From the NCBI GenBank assembly GCA_951406725.2, contig OX597817.1, positions 134,478,001-134,542,000 on the forward strand: DNA of 64,000 bases, written 5' to 3'. The stretch comes from Octopus vulgaris. Taxonomy: Eukaryota. Both the position numbers and the translations under genes were made by a program. This document shows, in pieces, positions 54,892 to 64,000 of this stretch. The first letter of the stretch is position 1. Every line of letters begins with the position of its first letter. The notes below the pieces were generated by a model, which did no database searches, was not told where the DNA came from, and was given only the letters and a program-made list of their open reading frames with translations.

Positions 54892-55468
54892 ATATATATA
54901 TGTATGTATATATATATATATATATATATACACATTTATGAGTTTGTGTTTATGTATATATATATCTGTATTCATACTCAAATATACACATATATGAATA
55001 CGTTTGTTTGTAAAAATATAGTTTATTGATTCAAATATTGTACTCAACATTTCTGTGAATATAGTATCTTATATTCTTTATTAGGTTAAAATATTCCAGA
55101 GTTAATCCCATTTCATAGCTGCAAAAGATATGCATCTTCAAACAGGAAATCTACTCTAGTTTCTGGTGTAAATAAGTTCAGGAGTTTTTTAAAATTCAAC
55201 GTAGTTTTAGAATGTGAAGAAAAATTGATTTTATTTTCATTGTTCAGCCTGAAACCTATTACTATATTACTTCTGTCTGTCAAGACAAAATGCAATGGCC
55301 TTTCACTTAAAAACAGTCACTGAGAGATACACCCATCCGATCCTCAGCACTCGAAATCAATAAACAGGGGAACAATTACATGGTACATACGCTTATTCAC
55401 ACATAGACAGGAACACGGAGACATCTCTACAAATATTTAAATAGAGTTGAACGCAGGTGTTATTCAAA

Positions 55469-55570
55469 TTCTCTTACTTTCGACATATGTTTCGAAGACA
55501 ACATTGGTTTTATTCCAAAGGAATAAACGGTGTAAAATGATGTAATCTTCTCATCAGGAAAGAAAGAGAA
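55469..55570 (-). ncRNA. Type I hammerhead ribozyme downstream of a Penelope-like ORF, intact core
   Basis: Minus strand: TTCTCTTTCTTTC-CTGATGA-GAAGAT...GTCTTC-GAAA-C ATAT G-TC-GAAAGTAAGAGAA. Stem I has 12 of 13 pairs. GUC site, predicted cut between 55482 and 55481. Confidence 0.88.
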
Positions 55571-55788
55571 CCTATCTCAACAAGACATAGCAAGTTTGAT
55601 GACTGCATAAATGATAAACAGAACGCTCTTAAGAATTTTTTAAAAAACCGTTAGTAGATCCGACGTCAAATGCAGACCCTAGGAAGAGAAGGGGTAAAGA
55701 AATAATAAGTAAAGCACAAATAAAGAGGGATATATTGAAATAAAGTGCAAGGTGAACTAAATGTTCAAACTATATAGACTGGTAAAAA

Positions 55789-56560
55789 TCACTTATATGA
55801 GCTAAAGGTATGTTTCTGCCAGTAGTTACATTTGTAAGATCGCTCTATATGTGTGTTAACAAGGTGATTCTTAGAGAAGAGAATATGGGAGAGTTCAGAG
55901 TCGCAACTGTTACAAAATCCTTTGTCCTTGTCATAAGGGAAAGAGATGGACAGTATGAACCTATCTAACTTAAAATCCTTATTGTTGTCTTTAAGATACC
56001 AAAACAATTTACTTAGTCCTCTGCTATAACGTTTACTACTATTCCTAAATGAAGAATAATGATTGGAAATTCTCTTAAATAACTGGGAAGAGGACGCGCC
56101 AATATAGAAATGACAGCGGTACCGCAAGAAATTTTACATTGGGATATACAATTCTTAATCTTAGAATTATTAGACTTAATTTTTATTCTGTTGGGGTTGA
56201 CCTCAGAGACCAAAACTATGTTGTTATTATCATTATCATAATTATTATTATTATTATTAGTAGTAGTAGTAGTAGTAGTAGTAGTATGATGATGATGACG
56301 ATGTGAAGGGCTGGTATTAACAAAATTAATGTTGGAACCCTCAGAAAATGAACCTTTATTTAGCAGACGGTATTATGATGAGATATAATTTGTTAAAGAT
56401 TCTTTGTGTTGGAGAAAGGAACTCTAACTATATGAGAATAAATAATTGACAAATATCTAGAATTTTTTGGAAAGTTCTTATCAACCACTTCACGGAACTG
56501 CAGAGGAAGATTAGATTTAATTTGCCTTCCATACGGAATAACAAAGCAAACTGTTTTCAA
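55789..56560 (-). mobile_element. Penelope-like element, linker and GIY-YIG fragment
   Basis: IPYGRQIKSNLPLQFREVVDKNFPKNSRY, FYIGASSSQLFKRISNHYSSF, LSKLFWYLKD, CNSCDSEL, KCNY. A low-complexity trinucleotide tract lies at 56220-56302. Confidence 0.8.
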
Positions 56561-56582
56561 ACAAAGGATAATTCATTTATCC

Positions 56583-56631
<49 letters not shown>

Positions 56632-56656
56632 CACACACACACACACACATACATAC

Positions 56657-56689
<33 letters not shown>

Positions 56690-56839
56690 ATAAAATCAAC
56701 AAACAAATTTTGATTTAGAAGCTTTGTGATGTATTGAAAGTTACAGATAAGGAAATAATTTCATTCTCAAACGCAGGATAATGCTAATAATATAGCCTGA
56801 ACAAGATAAACTATCCATATTTTGCAGAAAAATCTGCCA

Positions 56840-56914
56840 TGAGTCAATCATGAGACTCGAACTCACATCCCTGTGATTACGCGTCAAGTGCTTTAACGTT
56901 AAGCTAAACTGCCC
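56840..56914 (-). pseudogene. tRNA-like sequence (Thr-CGT-like pseudogene or isolated SINE head)
   Basis: GGGCAGTTTAGCTTAACGTTAAAGCACTTGACGCGTAATCACAGGGATGTGAGTTCGAGTCTCATGATTGACTCA. The T arm is good; the acceptor and anticodon stems are imperfect. Confidence 0.55.
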
Positions 56915-57146
56915 ACCTACAAGTTGTTCTGCAATTTTAGGATATATAAATCTAGCTTCATAAGATGGTATCGTACGTTAAATTCAACTGACGTTAAAAG
57001 TAAACAGAGTTTGCTTTAGAAGCATTGAGATGTATTGAACGATACACATGCGGAAATAATTTTAGTCTGATAATAATTTTCAAAGTTAACTTAAAAGTTA
57101 AATCGTTAATGAAAATGCTAACTTCGGCAATTAACGGCTATGTGCA

Positions 57147-57212
<66 letters not shown>

Positions 57213-57217
57213 TATAC

Positions 57218-57266
<49 letters not shown>

Positions 57267-57270
57267 TATA

Positions 57271-57824
57271 GTGGCTGCCCCCTCGTTATCGAGTATGGCC
57301 ATTCCACGAAGCTTAATCAATGTTGTTATCGTGCAATGCCTGTGCAAGAAGATTTTTTTTAAGTGAGGAAAGGCTGTGCACTGAGTCAATCCCACTCACT
57401 AAGCAACAGTAGCCATAATCCGAAAAGAAGAACAAGTCAACATCATCGGTAACCACTGAGCCGCAGATTTTATGTCGGAGTTATTCCAGTTTCCTGAGTT
57501 ACCTTCTCCTAGAAGGATGCCCTAACAAAGGCTAGGAGTCCTTCACTCCCAATGGTTTAACCGCGCGATCGGCTATTCAGTCCGATTATTTCTGTGTCAC
57601 CGCGCATGATACAGCCTTAAGGCATTTATTGGATGGCCGTTAACTCTCAAGAGTTCCTCCGCCCTTTGACGGGTTTTGTTTTTCATCCCACAGGATGTCC
57701 AATAAACACCCTCCTCACCTAACAAGCTTGGTGGGGTTGCCGGTTTAGTCGCCAACGACCCGACCATGCAACAGGGTTACATGTTACTGGGTTACATGTT
57801 ACCAGTAGCACTTGAAAGTGACCT

Positions 57825-57828
<4 letters not shown>
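57271..57828 (-). mobile_element. Probable RTE-type LINE 5' UTR-derived element inserted in (TA)n
   Basis: GC-richer block flanked by (TA)n. Minus-strand GGCGACTAAACCGGCAACCCCACC...AAAACAAAACCCGTCAAAGGGCGG resembles RTE 5' leaders. Family assignment is from recall only. Confidence 0.35.
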
Positions 57829-57861
<33 letters not shown>

Positions 57862-57863
<2 letters not shown>

Positions 57864-58087
57864 TTACTACCCACAAGGGGCTAAACACAGAGGGGACAAA
57901 CAAGGACAGACAAACAGATTAAGTCGACTATATCGACTCCAGTGCGTAACTGGTCCTTAATTTATCGACCCCGAAAGGATGATAGGCAAAGTCGACCTCG
58001 GCGGAATTTGAACCCAGAACGTAGCGGCAGACGAAATACGGCTACGCAATTCGCCCGGCGTGCTAACGATTCTGCCAGCTCGCCGCC
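57862..58087 (-). mobile_element. SINE family B monomer inserted in (TA)n
   Basis: Full head and body, with (TA)n on both sides. Confidence 0.85.
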
Positions 58088-58094
58088 CTGTATG

Positions 58095-58166
<72 letters not shown>

Positions 58167-58202
58167 CATATATATATATATGTATATATATATAGATATA
58201 TG

Positions 58203-58275
<73 letters not shown>

Positions 58276-59337
58276 AGAGAGAGATATAGTGATGGAAATA
58301 AAATACGCTAGGTTTGATATATAAAATATGTCCAAATAGACATCCAAATATATACATCCAAATACACATGTAAATATATAGAGGGAGAGATATAGAGAGA
58401 GATAAATAGTCTGAAAAAATTCAGATGAACCCTCCTGTATTAGCACAAAAATATTTATATATTTCCAGAAAACATTCACATAGAGCACAAAACTCTAGAG
58501 GCGGGGCATGATACATCATGTCCGACAGCTTATTGTGGGAGCTCGAAATTACATAACAATCGTAATTTGCAAAAATTGAAAGTTATTCAGCCAGTAGTGG
58601 ATGGATGTAACATTTCTGCAAAACCGGCCACCGTCGTCAAAGATCGGCAACTCGCTGTTCATAATGCCAGAGAGTTTAAGGATAGAAGAGAAGAGAAAGG
58701 TAAATAGGGGGTAGAAGGAGAGTGTACTGGATTGTTGAATCAGAGGAAGGGCAGGGAGAGAAGAAGGGTCAGTGACCAGGGCATTGAGAGAAGTAGAAGT
58801 AAAAGAGGTGAGTCGAGTAGCAAGGGACGGAATGTGGGGCATTGTGAAGGGAGTGGCTTTTGGATGCGTTGATAACAGATGGTATTAATTAGGGACGGTG
58901 GAGGCTGCAGAGGACTAGAGAAAGAAGCTTGCATTGTGGAAGGGTGGTGTAATTTCTCGGCATTTAAGGACTACATTATTGCGTAGACAGAAACCTCCGA
59001 GTGGACAGATTTTGAAGACCCGGGAATGACAGATTTACCTACCTGCAGCGCGGTCGGGTTCGTATGGTCAGTTACCCCAAAGAGGTACCGGTGTTATTAT
59101 CAGAACTGGTGTTGGGATGAGAGGGAGTGTTACCGCTGTTATATGTGATCACGCTGGTAGTTCTGTAGGGAGTAGTATAATCGCTAACATGTGGGTAGGG
59201 TCTACCATCAGCCGGTGAAATCTGCGTCTGTTAGAGGAGGCAATATGGATCCAATATTAGGTGTGGTGGAATAGTTTTAATAGATTTTTTAAAGCTTCAT
59301 CGTGTTTATCTGCATTACTACCTACTCTCTGTCTCTC

Positions 59338-59388
<51 letters not shown>

Positions 59389-60199
59389 GTGTGTATGTGT
59401 GTGTGTGTGCGTGTGTGTATACAGAGAGATATATATTGATAGATAGACATATAGATAGATATCCTACTTAAGGTGGATGTATTGCAAGAAAGCCGTTATA
59501 AAGTGGCATGTCTTAAGACAGTATCTAGTGTAATGTTTAAAAGCACAGCAATTCCAGTGGCAGACAAATTCTTGTTCTTGATAAAACGCAAACACGCAAA
59601 AGTCACGTGACCAATTCCACCACCGATGTTGAACGACTTTTGTCTGATACTAATAGTTCTCTGCTTTTTAAGCAATAAACGGCAATAAAAATCCTCTCCC
59701 AAGACGAATACTATTATATTACGACGTTCTAACAACGTATCCACGTTACTAAGTGTGGGGTATAGTAGGGAAAGAAATCAACCGTTCTGCCTGGAAAATC
59801 AGGGCCGAGCTCTTGATCAAGATCAAGATGGTGTCCGATCTTCCTAGGGACATAATGAGGAACGTAGATGTCAGGTCGCGGAGCCGTCTTGAGGTTTGAT
59901 GTAAGCTGAAGAAGCCTACTTTGAGCAAACAATTATCACCCAGCCATATACTATTTCATATGGTTTTATTTATTTAAACACCCTCATTTGGATAGGACAT
60001 TGTCCTTTCTTTTCGTTTTGTGAAAACTGTCATATTCAATCCGAATACCCTGTATGATGTATGCATATTATATTTTTTTGGTCTGAAATTAGAACGCTTG
60101 TCACGTCTACGTGAGATCTGGGCTGGAGTCACATGGGCAGTGATCGACTTTTTCTATCCAAAACGGCTTTCAAACCGATATGTTACTGTGATTCAGTAT

Positions 60200-60262
<63 letters not shown>

Positions 60263-61084
60263 TTAGCCACTTCATCACTAATTCAGTTCACAGCCAAAGT
60301 GAATGCAGCTTTTTAGGAACGATGGTACAGTTCTAAACTTCATTTTAAAATGAACTAATTGAATTGTGGATCATTAAGAAAATATTAGGTCAAAATATGG
60401 GAGGTCAAAAATGGGAGAGTAAGGCGAAAAATTTACTTTGATCCCAATCAAAATATCTTAGTCATTTTAATATCTAGTATCTAGTTATTTAATATCTAGT
60501 TATTTTAAAATATAAGTCAATTAGGTTTAAAAGAATGTGCTCATTGAGAAGTCTCTTTCGGTGAAAATCTCGAAAAAATATTTTCTACTAAAAAAGTAGC
60601 GTGGCTTAAAGTGACGAATAAAATGGTAATTCCCCAAAAGATTTTTAAAAGAAAACTATATAGTAGTTGTGTTCAAATGAAAGAACCATATGAAAAAATT
60701 ATTGGTGAAAATCTCGGCAAAAAATATTAGCCACGATAAAAGTGGTGTGGCTTTAAGTTGCGGAAAAATGATGATCATTTTAACAAATAAAAATATTTTT
60801 GTTAATTTAAAATTTCTAGAATTATGAATGACCATTTCTGATCCCGCGGACCGCTTGTCTTAATAGTACACAGCATCCAGCAGGAATTACAGAAGTACAG
60901 GTTTCGATTCACTTTAGAGGATTGAAAACCATTTTTTGCCGTCTTCCAAGGGTATTTACTCGATCTGTTAAGCTATTTTCCCAGTTATTTTACCTCCGAG
61001 ATTTCCTTTGTTTTCTGTAAAATATCGGTTCGCCCGGCGGTTCAGAGTTTGTTTTTAAAAACCTATATATATTCATACAGTTAA

Positions 61085-61410
61085 AACAAGTACTTTGTTG
61101 GAAAGGACGTTGTCGCTGTTAGTAAACATATTACCGTTTACAAGCTATTAAAAAAAACATCCAATTTTTGGCAACATCACATATTATTTCTAGAGAATAT
61201 AGCATGAATGAAGAGGGGGCTCCTCATATGGAAATTCTAGCACTAATTTAAACCAAAGATTCTCCAGAAAAAAATCTAACATTAATAGAACAATAGATTA
61301 CTTGCAGATTGCCATGTTTAGCATCTCGCCTTACTCTTTATAATTCGGTTGGTCGTTTTCAAATGCATTCATGCAGCAAAAAAATGTTGATTTGGCTTTC
61401 CTAAGGCCGA
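61085..61410 (+). mobile_element. Decayed Helitron/Helentron Rep (HUH endonuclease) fragment
   Basis: Across frameshifts and stops: DVVAVSKH, HPIFGNITYYF*RI, RGAPHME, KDSPE, IEQ*ITCRLP, LYNSVGRFQMHSCSK, C*FGFPK. This matches the YF.R.E.Q.RG.PH.H...Q.H.CS..C.FGFP Rep pattern. Confidence 0.7.
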
Positions 61411-61957
61411 AGGAAGATTCGATTTCTTAACTGTTGCTCAACGTGTCAAATTCAAAAGAAAAGGAAAAGGTTTTTGAATAATTTATAAACGGTTACAAAC
61501 CTTTATTGCGTTTACCATAGCAAGCACATGTTGCCAGTTAGTACGTTGGAGAAAACAGTATGATATTGACCAAATATTGGACTAACTACCAAACAGCAGC
61601 TGAGAAAAATGAAGTGGAAGGAGTGAGAAAAAAGATGGATGAAAAATTTTTGAAACTCTTCATTAAATAGGGTAAACACTTCTTTTTTCTTGGTTTGCTT
61701 TTTATTGCAAAGTTTTTGAATCTAATATGTTTCATTCAAGCATTTCTTTGTATTAAGCTAAAATATTACTGTTTTGTTTCTAGTATTACTAGAATGAAAA
61801 ATTTAAAGATAAGTATAATTATCACAATAGACCGTTGCCTTGAAAAAACAGAACTAGAATAATAAACCAGGGAAAGTACAGGACGAGAAGATACAAGATT
61901 GAAATGTTGCTGCGAAAGTTAGAATTTAAAAACTGAAATATTAATAAATCCCTTATA

Positions 61958-62018
<61 letters not shown>

Positions 62019-62640
62019 TTAACATTTAAGTTTAAATTAAAATACTCAAGAAACTATTTTTTTTCAATTTTACTGACAAAACTAATTACCTGCAAATTTA
62101 CACCTTAAAAATTTAATACTACAAATTAGTGCTTCATATATTTAAAAATCACATAATATGAATTAAAGCGAAATTGACCCCTAAGTTCAAAGAAAATAGC
62201 TAAAATCATTTCTACATTTTGCATTCAATTTGTTCATTAAACTTTCATTTCTTTTATAATATTCTTCTGTCTGTAAATAGAAAACGCTTTGTTATCAGAT
62301 AATGCAAATTTTAAAGAAATCAATTCTTTTGTTTCTTTGAAATTTTTTGAAATTTTTTTACTCTTCTTTTTGAATTACATATATTCTACATGAGTTTAAT
62401 TTTAGCACAATATCTGTGATATAAAAGTTTTGTATAATGAGTTTTGTTAAGAAAATAAAATTTAGAAAATAATATGATACTAAATAGAAGGCTAAAATAT
62501 TTTACCTTAAATCAAAAATATCAAATTCAATTTTTTTAAAATTTGCAAGGAGAAGCAAACAATATAACAGACACATAATTCGATGTAAAATTTCAGAAAT
62601 TTATTTCGCAAATTCTAACTTGAGCAGCAATATTTTAAGT

Positions 62641-62888
62641 GGAAGATGTTTATAAGCCATTTAAAAACACACAAAAACCGTTAGATTCACTTCAACATTT
62701 AAATGTAATTTGTCAAAATATTTTCGTCGCTTTGAAACCGCGACCTGTTCACTGAGAGGCAGCACAGAATTTTGTCAGTGAACATGTCACGGTCTCAGAG
62801 TGACGAAAATATATTCACAAATTAAATGTAAATATTGAAATGACTCTAACGATTTGTGTGTGTTTTAAATGGCTTATAAACACATTCC
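62641..62888. mobile_element. Fold-back element with ~115-bp imperfect inverted arms
   Basis: 62641-62755 is the reverse complement of 62775-62888, with scattered substitutions. Confidence 0.85.
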
Positions 62889-63246
62889 ATGCTGCAATTG
62901 TTTTTGTTTCAGCATACGACCTCAGATCAGGTCACTCTCTATGCAAGTACATCTCCGTAATATTTTAAGTTTTTTCCTCTTTACTTTTTCAGCCTTAATT
63001 ACTGCTCGTCCTACTTTTCCCGGGTCAATAATTATTCTGGCCCTCTCAGCTAGCATTTTTTATTCTAGTTAAATAATTAATAAACATATTTATGGTGAAG
63101 AGTCGAATAAGAGAGATGTAAAAGAAATCCAAGTGCAGTTTGAGCCAACTTGAGCATTATATGTAAAGCTTACGGTGTAAAAGATGAATAACAAATGTGA
63201 CTACAATATTTTAATGAAGTAATAATAGGTTTAAAAGAGAAATATT

Positions 63247-63648
63247 ATTCTTTTCTTCTCTAGGCACAAGGCTCGAAATTTTGGGGCAGGGGGCCAGTTG
63301 ATTAGATCGACACTAGAAGTGCAACTGTTACTTAATTTATCGACCTCGAAAGGATGAAAAGCAAAGTCGACCTCGGCGGAATTTGAACTCAGAACGTAAA
63401 ACGTTTCTGCTTGTTTGCCACGCTTGTAGTCATACAAATATTCTTTTCTACTCTAAGCTCAAGGCCCAAAATTTTGCGGGATGAGGCCAGTCGATTAGAT
63501 CAACCCCAGTACGCAACTGATACTTAATTTATCAACCTCAAAAGGATGAAAGGCAAAGTTGACCTCGGCGGAATTTGAACGTAACGGCAGACGAAATACT
63601 GCTAAGCATTTCACCCGGCCTGCTAACGTTTCTGCCAGCTCGCCGCCC
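63247..63648 (-). mobile_element. Two tandem SINE family B copies (63247-63415 and 63440-63648)
   Basis: Both carry the body and the ...CCTTG.G.CTAGA tail. The first has an internally deleted head. Confidence 0.8.
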
Positions 63649-64000
63649 TGAAATAGAAATATTATTATTTCTAAATCTCTCAAAGAGAGAAATTCAGTAT
63701 CAGCTCTTTAAAGTAAAGATCATTTGCCAACATAATGTGGCTGTCCTGAGAGGGACGATTGTTACTGGTGGTTTAGCCTTAGGAAACATCGTTTCTAGAT
63801 AGCTATACGACACACTATCTGTATCCTTATATTTTCGAATAGGTTTAGAATTGGAAAAGGGTTGCATTTATAATATATACACAGGTACAGAATGTTTTCA
63901 AATTTTCCAAGGGAATGAAACTATAGGAAGTGGAAATAAAATGAAATAAATATCATAGAATATTTCTAGATTTATTCATATTTGTTTATAGATATTTACA

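Noticed and set aside
58600-58650. Minus-strand TTGACGA...GAAATGTTACATC hammerhead candidate
   Set aside because: C3 is mutated, stem II is not adjacent to GAAA and stem I is poor. At most a heavily decayed relic.

Overview
This is AT-rich, microsatellite-dense, non-genic-looking eukaryotic DNA. The SINE and microsatellite make-up suggests a cephalopod such as Octopus, but that is an inference from repeat style and is not verified. No intact protein-coding gene is present: nearly all ORFs in the track are translations of (TA)n, (TAA)n, (CA)n or (GA)n repeats, or pieces of decayed transposons. The window holds dozens of copies of at least four tRNA-derived SINE families. It also holds fragments of a Tx1/L1-type LINE, RTE and CR1/L2 LINEs, several R4/Dong-type (restriction-like endonuclease) LINE lineages, two Penelope-like elements, mariner/Tc1 remnants, Helitron/Helentron remnants and several fold-back elements. 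The main finding is a set of seven minimal type I hammerhead ribozyme folds plus one partial core. Six of these eight lie within about 5 kb (44.8-49.7 kb), and one lies just downstream of a Penelope GIY-YIG ORF. They have palindromic stem III loops that vary between copies, and three share an unusual U-U pair at the base of stem II. Other findings are head-to-tail chains of different R4/Dong 3' ends stacked in (TAA)n arrays, a chimeric Dong copy, an exact 184-bp local templated insertion inside a LINE, SINE multimers with a recurrent junction, and SINE module swapping. All folds and alignments were done by eye.
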